A stretch of 33,112 nt of DNA from a virus: IMG/VR virus record IMGVR_UViG_3300001865_000264; one strand, written 5' to 3'. The notes beneath the pieces are model-generated. The model did not search any database. It had not been told where the DNA came from and saw only the letters and a list, made by a program, of their open reading frames with translations. A program made the translations under genes and the position numbers. This document shows positions 1-9,929 of the stretch, piece by piece (within the stretch, counting starts at the first letter, position 1; every line of letters starts with the position of its first letter).

Positions 1-765
1 TTATCTTCTAATTACTATTAAGCTTGGCTGTGATAATAGGTCAAGTCCTTTTTTGAATTCATTTAGGGTGTAAGTGATTACTCCTTTGGTTGGGTCTGCT
101 ATGGTTATTGTCTTTTTGGTTAGGCTGATGCTGATTGGGAAGACGTAGTGACCTCCTTTGTATTGTGTATAGTATTTCCAACCTGCACATATGCCATGTG
201 CTATGACTGAGATTTTTGGGTCCTGAATCCACTCTGCAAGTTTCTGCCAGCCCACATCTATGAATTTAGCTTCACTAACAAGCAAGGTTATTCCCACTTT
301 GGATCCTGCTTTACGGATCCCACTCATCAAAGTTGCATGACCGGTTCCATTCTTTGTGGTTTCTTCCAGGGCAGTCATAGTGGCTTCAGTGGTTTGTATT
401 CCCAATTCTGAGAGAGCCATTACACTTGAAGATGGGCCGCAGGTGTAATCTGTGTCTTGTTTCTCATATTTGTAGGAAGGTACACTGTAAATCTGTGAGT
501 TTGTTGTTGAACTTGTTGTTTTGATAGTGTTAGATGTAGATGTACTATTCAATAAACCCAAACTTCTTAGTGTTATAGGTCCTACTATTCCATCCTGGAC
601 CAATTTCTTAGATTTTTGATATGCGATCACAGCTGCCCTAGTAACAGGTCCAAAAGATCCATCAATCTTACCTTTATAAAATCCAAGACTTTGCAGTCTT
701 AACTGCAATGCTTTTACATCAAGTCCTTTACTTCCAACTCGCAGTATTGTTTTTTCATTTATCAT
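1..765 (-). CDS. Endolysin: N-terminal PG_binding_1-type wall-binding domain plus C39-like cysteine peptidase (candidate pseudomurein endoisopeptidase)
   Basis: LRVGSKGLDVKALQ..L..LGFY.GKIDGSFGPVTRAAVIAYQK....DGIVGP.T is the PG_binding_1 pattern; S/T-rich linker; Q-x5-C (KQDTDYTCGPSS), GGHYV and IADP give a Cys-His-Asp triad; GGAGG RBS at 775-779. Confidence 0.85.
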   Translation of the reverse strand: MINEKTILRVGSKGLDVKALQLRLQSLGFYKGKIDGSFGPVTRAAVIAYQKSKKLVQDGIVGPITLRSLGLLNSTSTSNTIKTTSSTTNSQIYSVPSYKYEKQDTDYTCGPSSSVMALSELGIQTTEATMTALEETTKNGTGHATLMSGIRKAGSKVGITLLVSEAKFIDVGWQKLAEWIQDPKISVIAHGICAGWKYYTQYKGGHYVFPISISLTKKTITIADPTKGVITYTLNEFKKGLDLLSQPSLIVIRR

Positions 766-808
766 ATTTTGTATCCTCCAAACGTGTTTTTAAGAAATAA
801 AGAAAAAA

Positions 809-816
809 TTTAATAA
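809..816 (+). promoter_or_regulatory. Putative TATA box for the plus-strand cargo gene
   Basis: TTTAATAA preceded by purine-rich AGAAAAAA (BRE-like), upstream of the GGTGA RBS at 839-843. Confidence 0.4.
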
Positions 817-848
817 TATATGCACTGATAATAATCACGGTGAAAAAA

Positions 849-1292
849 ATGGGAATGTTTGATTTATATCGATGTCCAAATACAGAGTGCTGGTGGAATG
901 AATACAGTTCAAAGGAAGGGGATTGCCCTGAATGTAAGACTCCTTTAAAAAAAATGGGGGCTCGTGAAAGTGGATCTCTCATCAATGCAAAGAAAGCCCT
1001 TTTAAAGAACCCAGAAACAAAAAAACGTGCTGAAGAAAATAAACGTTTAAACCAATTATTATTCCACACAGAGACTCCAGATGAAGATTTAATCAAATCG
1101 ATTGAGTCAGATATGAGTAATCTTGCGATGCATGAGGCAGGTACAAAATGGATGAGAGCAGGGACATTATTAACCTTTAATCCAACTCAACAGATGATCG
1201 GGGCTGGTTTCAAGGCGTTGATGGATCAAAATAAGATCCTCATCAAACAGAATGAGCTTATCCTTCGTGAACTTAAAAAATTAAATGAATAA
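849..1292 (+). CDS. Cargo protein with N-terminal Zn ribbon and C-terminal coiled-coil helix, function unknown
   Basis: CPNTEC...CPECKTPL; C-terminal GAGFKALMDQNKILIKQNELILRELKKL; start moved to ATG 849 because GGTGA lies at 839-843; opposite strand to both neighbours. Confidence 0.75.
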   Translation: MGMFDLYRCPNTECWWNEYSSKEGDCPECKTPLKKMGARESGSLINAKKALLKNPETKKRAEENKRLNQLLFHTETPDEDLIKSIESDMSNLAMHEAGTKWMRAGTLLTFNPTQQMIGAGFKALMDQNKILIKQNELILRELKKLNE

Positions 1293-1296
1293 CCCT

Positions 1297-3045
1297 TTAC
1301 ATTTTTCCATACAATTCTAACCAACCATAAACAGTTCCTGATGATACACCCACCCCTACGCTTGAGGGAGCACCATTGTTGGACATTAAATATCTTAATC
1401 CTTGACCACCAGCACCTGTTTCATAAGCACTGGTATATTGCCAAGACGTGGCTTTCATATTGATTTCTAAATTCATTTGAGCTGTTCCCGAAGAATCTAA
1501 GGTGTTTGACATATTGGGTGTTCCATATCCTCCCGTTACACCCAATCCAGACCTATAATCTATATAAGAACATCCAACATTATTTCCGCCTTGTTTAACT
1601 ATAAAATTACCTGTCGTAGTCCTGTTACTGTAAATACATCCTTTTAAGATATATTCTTCATACTGTGGAATAGAACTAATTGTCATCATAGTAACAGCAC
1701 TTCCACTGGTTACATCTATTCTTCCAATGAGTTTGTATCTTAACCCCTTATATGATGCATTATCAATTTGGTTGTAGATAGATTGTAAGGTAGGAGTATC
1801 CATCCCTGATCGTGCAATACTATTTTGTGCAGAATAAACCCTTGAAACAGTGTTACCTATCTTTATTTTAGATTCACCAATTAATCTGGGATTTTTCTCA
1901 GTATCTGTTACTTTTGATTCTACGAGTCCAGAACGGTGAGGCAACCGGACATAAACTGTATCCCCAGCACAGTAACTAGATTCTATGCCTTGTAATCGTC
2001 TAAGGTCTTTTACTTCTGCAGTTATATTCAAAACAGGGTCTTGTTTATCCATTAGGGCAAGTGCACAGAGATTATAAATCACATACTTATTTGTTTCACT
2101 TGTTTCAATATTCCCTGTTTTATTTAAAACAGAGGATGAAGCTTCTTTTTTTCTTATATGTGTATAATTAGATTTAGTGTAATCCGTACTGTACACTTTA
2201 TAACTGCCAGCATCCTTTTTAAACGGAGCATTCCAATAAGCAGTCACTACCTCTGTTCCATCCTCTTTTTTTTCAATAATCATAGGGATATTATCCCCAA
2301 TATTCACAGCTAATGATTTAAAATTAGATAATATTTCAGCTGCAGTTACAGTATCCGTGGTCACTGCATTATCACTACACTTAATAATAGGTGCAATAGC
2401 AGTGTAAGTGTCCTCTTCATTAATTTCGAGTTCTATTTTATCAGTGTTTTCCCCTATCTCAATCGGCACGTCATGAGTAACTCCAAGTGATTGTTTAAAA
2501 TCAAGATATCGATGTATGACATTACTACTTGTGTCTTTTTCGTATCTTGTTATGAAATAGTTTCCAGTATCCTTTTCAATCTGCCGGAGCAATGCCATGG
2601 GGTTAATTGTACCTGTGAAACTAGTAGTATTAGCTTTATTTCCAGTTTCAATTGTTCCAATATTAAATAGATCACCAAACCACGTGTTTAATTGAGTTGA
2701 ATTAATGGTGATTGGATCTGCATCACTATTCTCAATAGGTTCCAGGTTATTTAGTTCTACTAGTACTTCCTCAGCAGTTATAATGATGTCATCCTGATCT
2801 ACTGTTTTCTCAGCATTAATCACATACAAACAGGATTTCAGGTCTTCAGTTTCACTGATCCAGATTTTATTTCCATGTTCAAGCCAGGAATCATAATCGT
2901 TTTTGGTGTCATCATTAACGGGATGGGTTAGTTTAATGTTTTGTAACCCTGAATCATCATTGTACTCTGTTATATCAACTAAACTTGGATTTAACCATCC
3001 TATTAGGGTTTCATCATTATTTAGTACAAGAATATCAATGTCCAT
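1297..3045 (-). CDS. Tail tip/baseplate hub (Tal-like minor structural protein) with C-terminal receptor-binding-like extension
   Basis: Position after Dit; N-terminal ~400 aa has the prophage tail-protein pattern (DILVLNNDETLIGWL, GENTDKIELEINEEDTYTAIAP, GDTVYVRLP..LVESKV..EKNP...KIKIGN); G/S/T-rich C-terminal ~170 aa. Confidence 0.75.
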   Translation of the reverse strand: MDIDILVLNNDETLIGWLNPSLVDITEYNDDSGLQNIKLTHPVNDDTKNDYDSWLEHGNKIWISETEDLKSCLYVINAEKTVDQDDIIITAEEVLVELNNLEPIENSDADPITINSTQLNTWFGDLFNIGTIETGNKANTTSFTGTINPMALLRQIEKDTGNYFITRYEKDTSSNVIHRYLDFKQSLGVTHDVPIEIGENTDKIELEINEEDTYTAIAPIIKCSDNAVTTDTVTAAEILSNFKSLAVNIGDNIPMIIEKKEDGTEVVTAYWNAPFKKDAGSYKVYSTDYTKSNYTHIRKKEASSSVLNKTGNIETSETNKYVIYNLCALALMDKQDPVLNITAEVKDLRRLQGIESSYCAGDTVYVRLPHRSGLVESKVTDTEKNPRLIGESKIKIGNTVSRVYSAQNSIARSGMDTPTLQSIYNQIDNASYKGLRYKLIGRIDVTSGSAVTMMTISSIPQYEEYILKGCIYSNRTTTGNFIVKQGGNNVGCSYIDYRSGLGVTGGYGTPNMSNTLDSSGTAQMNLEINMKATSWQYTSAYETGAGGQGLRYLMSNNGAPSSVGVGVSSGTVYGWLELYGKM

Positions 3046-3048
3046 GAG

Positions 3049-5766
3049 TTAAAACCTCTCTTTGAAACTTATTGATTGAATAGTTGCACCTGTGGTATTT
3101 GAAAAATTATATTGATTATTCAGTACTAACCTGTCCGAGTTCATATCAATATATTCAGTATAATCATTCCCGTCTGTATCTATGATTTTTTTTGTTTTTG
3201 CATCATAAATTAGGGCTGTGCCCCTTGTGAATTCATAATGTATCGTCATGGTCTGATTTTCAATGGATTCAGTTATAACAATCTCTGAACCAGTAGTTAA
3301 TAATTTTATCACAGGGAAAACTCGAGTTAAACCATTATTAGTTCCAACCATACCTGTTATTTTAGTATCAACAGATTCTGCTACTCCATCAGGTATTATG
3401 AGTTCCGCTTCACATTCAAAATCTTCAAAGTTACGGTCTGCCGTAATCGGTTTTTCAAGAATATAATTATATTGTTTATATGGTTCTAAATCAAATATAA
3501 TTCCTTTAGAAATTGGTTTATTATATTTATCCCTTTCATTACTTATCCATTGGATTATTCTATCCATCAAATTATCTGATTCAGTTAAAGCTTCTGATAT
3601 TACATTGAATTTAAGTTTAATTGTTTTTTCTTTAATATTACTTCTTGTAGGATATTTTCCATCAGCACCTGTCACATCAGAATAATTCACATCATTGTTT
3701 GCTCCACGAGGTATGCCATCCTCATCTAACATAATACCAAATAACTTTGAATGTGTACCTTCAATCATAAACCCTGGGGCCCCGCCCGTTTGATCTATAG
3801 TGTAAAAAATAGTAAGTTCTAAATTATTCAATAATACGTTCAATGAGTCTGTAGTCATGTTTTGTAATTGCAGATAAAATTTTAGATCTGCAATATTGAT
3901 CTGATTTAGATTTAATCCCCAATTATCATAAGTGCCCCCTATACTGATTTGTGTAGTATCTGAATCTAAAACACATGATTGTGGACTAGATTCATGAAGA
4001 AGCTCGTCTTTTAATGAATATATCCCTGCAGTGATTATAGTATCTCCACTGAGAATACAGTCCCCGGTTATCTTGAAGCCAGTTACTAAAATTGTTTCAT
4101 CTGTTTCTAATCCTGCTGTGTTAATATCCTCAAATACATACGATCCACTTTTTTGTAACGCTTCCAGATTTAATTCAGCAAAATCACCATTAATGATTAG
4201 GAGGTTTTTGTCATTGAATAATTCCATTGGATCTTCAAAGCCTTCAAAGTATTCAATAGGCACAATTGTGGGTTCTTGACTGAATTCAACACTTATATCA
4301 TTTTCATAATACCCCACATAACCCGCATAAAACTTAAAATTATATGTTGATTCTGAATCATAAATAAAAGAAGCAGTTAATAATTGAGTTTCACCAATTG
4401 CACTTATCTGATTTGAAAATATTTCTTCTGTGTCTTTTATTATACTGAAACGATTATTTAATGGCCCATTAAATAATGGGTGATTTTGAGCATCTACTAT
4501 TTTTGCATAGAAAGCAACTACATACTCTCGACCATTTTCAAGTTCTGAGAGTATATCCTGACTAAATGGTACCGTGATAGTATAAGTTTCTGTTAGCGTG
4601 GCAGCAATAACGTAAATATTATTTACATTACTAATCTGAGTGTCACCAGTGCCATGTGTTATTGTCTGTGTTAATGTACCAGTACTACTTGCAGATGCTG
4701 TGATTGTGAGGGTTGCCTCACGATTTACGAAACTCACAGCCCATATTCCCGTGCTAATATTATATGTCCCGTTTCCTGTGCTACTAATATAGTCCAACCC
4801 GGCGGGGAATGGTATATTTACTTCAGTAGTGGTTATGGCATCACTATTAACTGTGATTTTGATTTGATAATCAAATTTGTTTAACTGAACCTCATTTGCT
4901 GGTAAAGTACTACTAAGAACATAAGTAGGATTATTCACCGTCACTGAACGAGTAATATTTACTCCAGTACTTGCCTCAGTAGCTTTTAAGCTTTTAGAAC
5001 CTACACTCGTAGTATTAAATGTTAAGTATAGTTTAGCCGTACTATTTGTTAATTGAGCAGCCCAAACACCACTACTATACGTACCAGGACCACTATGAGA
5101 CATATAAACTAAACCAGATGGAATGGTAATGTTAACAGTCACCGTGCCACCAGGGTTAATCGCATTAGTATTATTCACTGTTATTTCAAAAGTTACGGGT
5201 TCACCAAGGACCTTAGCCTCTGGTGTGGTCATATTTACACTGTAAGTAGGTAGAGTGTAATTAACTGTGACTAAGATATAATCTAATGCCAAATCCCCAG
5301 GATTTGTACTAGTATTTTTAGGGTAGTTAATTCCCACACCAAAATTACCACTATTCACCATTGCAGGGGTAGGTTGCCAAGTACTAGACCTAGTCCATGT
5401 TTTGGAATATGCTGTCCTGCTTGTAGGTGGAGCGTTACCAAGTTGTGAAGCTGCTCCAACATTGTACAGAGTCAGTGTAGGAGCTGCTATGCTCATATGA
5501 GCAGTTGAACTACTATGACTTATCTTATAATGTTCATATGTGACTACTATTGAATCAATACGAGCATTACTAGGGATACTAAACCCAAAACCAGTTGCTT
5601 TTAATGGTCCTGGCCGGTTATATGTACCGCTGGCCGTTGCAATGTCATTACATCGAGCATCAATGTTATCATTTGCTCGAGCATTACTCAAACTAGACCA
5701 ATTTCTGAAAGGGATACCAGTACTCGTTTGTGTTATCGTACTAGGATATTTAGTTATTGCAACCAT
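3049..5766 (-). CDS. Distal tail protein (Dit) with long N-terminal extension containing two DUF11-like Ig domains
   Basis: C-terminal ~245 aa is Dit-like (GFMIEGTHSKLFGI, VTGADG, IKEKTIKLKF, FDLEPYKQY, ELIIPDGVA); two repeats of V(T/K)ITV...V.I.(I/F)P.GL.Y.S.(S/T)G.GTY..G(V/I)W resemble DUF11. Confidence 0.75.
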   Translation of the reverse strand: MVAITKYPSTITQTSTGIPFRNWSSLSNARANDNIDARCNDIATASGTYNRPGPLKATGFGFSIPSNARIDSIVVTYEHYKISHSSSTAHMSIAAPTLTLYNVGAASQLGNAPPTSRTAYSKTWTRSSTWQPTPAMVNSGNFGVGINYPKNTSTNPGDLALDYILVTVNYTLPTYSVNMTTPEAKVLGEPVTFEITVNNTNAINPGGTVTVNITIPSGLVYMSHSGPGTYSSGVWAAQLTNSTAKLYLTFNTTSVGSKSLKATEASTGVNITRSVTVNNPTYVLSSTLPANEVQLNKFDYQIKITVNSDAITTTEVNIPFPAGLDYISSTGNGTYNISTGIWAVSFVNREATLTITASASSTGTLTQTITHGTGDTQISNVNNIYVIAATLTETYTITVPFSQDILSELENGREYVVAFYAKIVDAQNHPLFNGPLNNRFSIIKDTEEIFSNQISAIGETQLLTASFIYDSESTYNFKFYAGYVGYYENDISVEFSQEPTIVPIEYFEGFEDPMELFNDKNLLIINGDFAELNLEALQKSGSYVFEDINTAGLETDETILVTGFKITGDCILSGDTIITAGIYSLKDELLHESSPQSCVLDSDTTQISIGGTYDNWGLNLNQINIADLKFYLQLQNMTTDSLNVLLNNLELTIFYTIDQTGGAPGFMIEGTHSKLFGIMLDEDGIPRGANNDVNYSDVTGADGKYPTRSNIKEKTIKLKFNVISEALTESDNLMDRIIQWISNERDKYNKPISKGIIFDLEPYKQYNYILEKPITADRNFEDFECEAELIIPDGVAESVDTKITGMVGTNNGLTRVFPVIKLLTTGSEIVITESIENQTMTIHYEFTRGTALIYDAKTKKIIDTDGNDYTEYIDMNSDRLVLNNQYNFSNTTGATIQSISFKERF

Positions 5767-5783
5767 ATTTTTGTACTCCTAAT

Positions 5784-5960
5784 TTATGAGCTAGAATATG
5801 AAACTTTGAACATAGTAATTGTTTTACCATCAACAAGGAGTGTTAAATCCTTTGTTACATTTGCATGGGTTTTTACAATCGTGGAATCATCAATCAAGTT
5901 ACCTTTGAATAAATTTCCTTTAACTGTTGCTTTACCAGGATTTATTTTAAATTCACTCAT
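5784..5960 (-). CDS. Small 58-aa tail-module protein missing from the ORF track
   Basis: MSEFKINPGKATVKGNLFKGNLIDDSTIVKTHANVTKDLTLLVDGKTITMFKVSYSSS; ATGA overlap with the TMP stop; GGAGGAG RBS; fills the TMP-Dit gap. Confidence 0.8.
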   Translation of the reverse strand: MSEFKINPGKATVKGNLFKGNLIDDSTIVKTHANVTKDLTLLVDGKTITMFKVSYSSS

Positions 5961-8900
5961 GCTATTGCTCCTCCACGACTAATTCGATTATCCCTTATTC
6001 TAAGGTTTTTAACCAAAGCATTAAGGAAATTACGATTGTTTAATAATTTTTTAAAGAAATTTTCATCATCTGCTGCTTTATTTATAAGCTCAGCAATTAA
6101 TGCTTCATCTAAACCAGAAGGTACATTCTTTAAATCATGGACAATCGTAAATTCACCACTTATAACCACAGAATCCTTATTTTCACTGTTTTCATCTCGA
6201 GTATACCCAACAGGTCCCGGACCTGCAAAACTAACACCTGGTGAACCTCTCCATACCCCACGATTCTGGCGTTGAGTAGTATCAAATATCTTACCCCCAA
6301 CCATTGCTGCCATGTGCCCAATATTTCCCCAACGGCCATGAATCATATGGGCTGGTATTCCCATAGCATTCGCAAGTCCCACCATGATCTCGGCTCCATC
6401 CCAACAATTGAACCGACCACGTTTTAAGGCTTCAAGATTTCCATAACGTCCATTATAATAGAACTCATAACTTGTTGGTGCGATTAGTTTTTCTGCCACA
6501 GCCTCGAATAATTTCATGTTTCCCCGGAGGGGGTTTGTTGTATTGCTGAAATCTTCAACTTTCAAACCACTGATATCCGGCATGGTAACATTGTAATTGT
6601 AGAGTTCATCACGTATTTTATTGTTGTTAGGTGTGCTATAGCTCCATCCTCCCGCATAACAGTTAGTACATGGTGATTCATTAATCAGGAAACTGTCAAG
6701 CAACTCTTTAGAGGATCTTGCAGAACCTGCAAAATTAGTTGAAAACATAACCCTTCTATGTATAGGTCCTGGTCCTGCAAACCATTTGGTTGGATGGGTT
6801 AAACGATCATAAAATGTCCTGATATTAACACTCAAATTACTGATTTTTCCGGAACTTTGAGATCGGATTTTTTCAGCACTGTTCACAATACCATTTTTCA
6901 TAGTATCCCATGCAGAAATCATCTGCCCAGTTACTTGTTTGGTACTGTTCCTTATGCTTTTTAACTGACTATCAGTGTTTCCTTTGATTTTAAGCCATGC
7001 GGATTTATCATTATTCACCATACTGGTTAAACTATTAGTTACTGTGGTCCCCATGGAATTATAAGCAGTTGTTACTCCATTCTTTGTCATATTAGCTGCA
7101 TCAATTGCTTTTGTCGCCTGTTCTGTTAAAACCTGAGTGTTTCCCATGTTTTCAGATACATCTGGAATTTTAGCTGTTAAATTAGCTTTTACATCTAAAG
7201 ATGGAGAACCAAAACCAGATTGAATAGCATCACCCAAAGTGGCAGCCTTATCACCCAATATACTTTTATTTTCATCTAAAACCATATCAAGCCGGTTTAA
7301 TTCCCCTACCATTGCCCAGTACATATGACCCGGTGATGCAATTCCCAACCCTTTTTTAAGGTTATTCACAATGTTTGCACCGAGGTTTCTTGCAGTATTA
7401 TAGAGTTGTCCACCTATACTAAGCATACGCCCCACAATACCTGATAATTCATTATATACAACACCAGGAGCTTGTGAAACCGCAGTTCTTAAACCACTAA
7501 CGATCCTACTACCCGCAGATCGTGCATAATTTGCTGCAGATCCGGCAAAACGTGTGATCCTACTCAATGTTGAGAGTAAATAAGCCCATACTTTACCAGG
7601 TAAACTTGTAACGTATGATATTATACCATTTACAAATCCAAGTGCTGCATTTTTACCTTTTACAAGTAACTGTGCCGCCCACGAACCAACACCAAGGATA
7701 ATAGACATCAATATTGTTAACAACATTGATTTAAAGCCGTTCCAGATGAGACTTGCGAATTGACTGAATGTAATCTGACCTGAAAGGAGCTGTGCAAGTG
7801 CATTGATGAACAGGACAATATAGTTAATTACTGCCCTAATTGAACCACCAATTGTAGTCCAAACAGCTGAAAAGAATCCTCCTATGAAGTTTGCAACCTG
7901 AACAAGTACACCATAAAGGTTCTGGAAGACAGGGAGTAATGCAGATGAAATCACAGCCCATAATGCTGTAATAACATTTCCAATTTGGTTAAATGTACTA
8001 TTTGCCTGTGCAGCTTGACCACCAGAAAATGCACTCCACACCACACTAAGTGCAGTCCATAAATTGCCCAGGGCAGAAGTAATAGGAGACAATGCCTCTC
8101 TTATACTTACCCATGCTGCTATAAATGTTCCTACAATAAAAGAACCAAGTTTTACAAATATTCCCCATATCCAGGAAAGAGCACCACCAACAGCATTCCA
8201 CGCAGCCATCAAACCACTTACAATATAACCACCAAGGACTTTTAAACCATTCCAAAGGGCATTTATGGCGTTGCGGACTGTTTCATTCTTATTATACAAA
8301 TAAGCAAGAACAGCAACTAAAGCCACAATAGCAATTATAACAATTCCAATAGGATTTGCATTCAGAGCAGCATTTAAAAGCCACTGGGCTGCTGTTAAAA
8401 CCCCAGTTGCTGCAGCAGCAGCACCCGAAGCAACTCCATGAGCTATCCTAGAAGCAGTACTAGCAACCGTGGCTCCAACACTACCATTTGTAGCAAAAGT
8501 ATAAGCCGTATTTGCAGCTGTTAAAACTCCGTTTGCTACTGCTGCCGCCTTAGATGCTACCGCACTTGCCTTTGTAGCAATAGTCTTCCGTATTGTTGCA
8601 ATTGTTGTTGCATTTTCAGCTCCTTCAACAAGGCCCAGGAATATTAAGAATGCTTTGAAACTACCAATTATCGACTCCATCACAGGTAAAAGTAAAGCAA
8701 ATCCTGAAATCAAAGCTGCCCCAACAATCATTAATTTAAAAACAAGGGGATGAGTCTTTTTAAGAGCCACCATGAAACTTAAAATTGCTTTAATAGCAGG
8801 TAAAAAAGCCTCACCTATCTGTCGACCAGCTGTACTAAATCCTTTCTTAACAAGTTGGATCTGTCCAGTGGTGGATTGTAACATCCCCTCCATAGACCCT

Positions 8901-9907
8901 CCCTTGGCAAGAACTTTCTGTAGTGCAGCGTTGTATCCTTCAACATCTGTTGATGCACCACTCCAACCGGCATCTAACAGACTTTGTTTTGTTATACCAA
9001 AATTGGCTTTCAGCATATCAAATTCGCCATTTAATCCTCTGAAAGAGGCAACCATAAGATCTTGAGCTTCACCTGTACTTTTACCCATTAAGAGAGCACG
9101 TTGACCTATATCATTCACAGTTGGGGATATAAGTTTGAGTTGATCATTGGTCATCCCTGTGCTCATTTTAATCTTTGACATTGCATTTCCCAGGTCGTTG
9201 AGGCTGACAAGGGAATTGTTTGTCATCTGATCCAAATAGCTGACAAAGCTTTTTGCAGCTGCACCGGATCCCATCGTGGCAGTCATGAGTGTGGTCATTT
9301 GTTCACGAACCATACCCAGGCCAATGGTAGCATCATAGATGCTTCCCATACCCAGGGCACCGAAGGCACTTGTGATTGCTGTTCCAAGTTCACCCATGCT
9401 ATTGGTGAGGTTCCCAACTTTGGTTTTTGCAGTGTCAAGTCCTTTTCCAAGGGCTGTGCTTATCTTTGACCCAACGGATGATGCTTTAATGCTTAACGAG
9501 TCAAAACCCGCTATCAGTTTACTACCGACGGTTGTGCTTTCAATCTTCTGTTTTAGAGTGTCCACACCTGTTTTGACTCGTGTGATAGCAGAGTTAGCCT
9601 TATCTATCCCTGTTGATAAGAGGTTTCCGGCTTTTGTACCGCTTATTCCCAGTCTGTCGGTGAGTTGTTGTCCCTTGCTAAGTCCTGTGAGATATGCTTG
9701 TTGTTTTGCTGTGAGTTGTGCATATGCACTCATTCCATTGTTCCCCACTTTTTGCAAGGATTCTGTGAATTTGTCCCCGGATTGACTTGCTTTGTCAAGG
9801 GCTCTGGAGGCTTTGTCTCCCATTCCTTTGAGGTTGCTTTCTACTTTTTTAGCAACATCGGAGGATTTGTCTATTGCTTTGATGATAATTTCCATGAGTG
9901 CAGACAT
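5957..9907 (-). CDS. Tape measure protein with C-terminal transglutaminase-like (Cys-His-Asp) domain
   Basis: 1316 aa, Ala/Gly-rich helical repeats, tape-measure core, hydrophobic segments (NPIGIVIIAIVALVAVLAYLY), position after the chaperone; FNCWDGAE, GHMAAMVGG, IFDTT near the C terminus. Confidence 0.92.
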   Translation of the reverse strand: MSALMEIIIKAIDKSSDVAKKVESNLKGMGDKASRALDKASQSGDKFTESLQKVGNNGMSAYAQLTAKQQAYLTGLSKGQQLTDRLGISGTKAGNLLSTGIDKANSAITRVKTGVDTLKQKIESTTVGSKLIAGFDSLSIKASSVGSKISTALGKGLDTAKTKVGNLTNSMGELGTAITSAFGALGMGSIYDATIGLGMVREQMTTLMTATMGSGAAAKSFVSYLDQMTNNSLVSLNDLGNAMSKIKMSTGMTNDQLKLISPTVNDIGQRALLMGKSTGEAQDLMVASFRGLNGEFDMLKANFGITKQSLLDAGWSGASTDVEGYNAALQKVLAKGGSMEGMLQSTTGQIQLVKKGFSTAGRQIGEAFLPAIKAILSFMVALKKTHPLVFKLMIVGAALISGFALLLPVMESIIGSFKAFLIFLGLVEGAENATTIATIRKTIATKASAVASKAAAVANGVLTAANTAYTFATNGSVGATVASTASRIAHGVASGAAAAATGVLTAAQWLLNAALNANPIGIVIIAIVALVAVLAYLYNKNETVRNAINALWNGLKVLGGYIVSGLMAAWNAVGGALSWIWGIFVKLGSFIVGTFIAAWVSIREALSPITSALGNLWTALSVVWSAFSGGQAAQANSTFNQIGNVITALWAVISSALLPVFQNLYGVLVQVANFIGGFFSAVWTTIGGSIRAVINYIVLFINALAQLLSGQITFSQFASLIWNGFKSMLLTILMSIILGVGSWAAQLLVKGKNAALGFVNGIISYVTSLPGKVWAYLLSTLSRITRFAGSAANYARSAGSRIVSGLRTAVSQAPGVVYNELSGIVGRMLSIGGQLYNTARNLGANIVNNLKKGLGIASPGHMYWAMVGELNRLDMVLDENKSILGDKAATLGDAIQSGFGSPSLDVKANLTAKIPDVSENMGNTQVLTEQATKAIDAANMTKNGVTTAYNSMGTTVTNSLTSMVNNDKSAWLKIKGNTDSQLKSIRNSTKQVTGQMISAWDTMKNGIVNSAEKIRSQSSGKISNLSVNIRTFYDRLTHPTKWFAGPGPIHRRVMFSTNFAGSARSSKELLDSFLINESPCTNCYAGGWSYSTPNNNKIRDELYNYNVTMPDISGLKVEDFSNTTNPLRGNMKLFEAVAEKLIAPTSYEFYYNGRYGNLEALKRGRFNCWDGAEIMVGLANAMGIPAHMIHGRWGNIGHMAAMVGGKIFDTTQRQNRGVWRGSPGVSFAGPGPVGYTRDENSENKDSVVISGEFTIVHDLKNVPSGLDEALIAELINKAADDENFFKKLLNNRNFLNALVKNLRIRDNRISRGGAIA

Positions 9908-9929
9908 GCTTATCTCTCCATAAAATTTT

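Noticed and set aside
1297-5766. Diversity-generating retroelement or invertase shufflon acting on tail genes
   Set aside because: No reverse transcriptase, no template/variable repeat pair and no invertase or repeated crossover sites seen.
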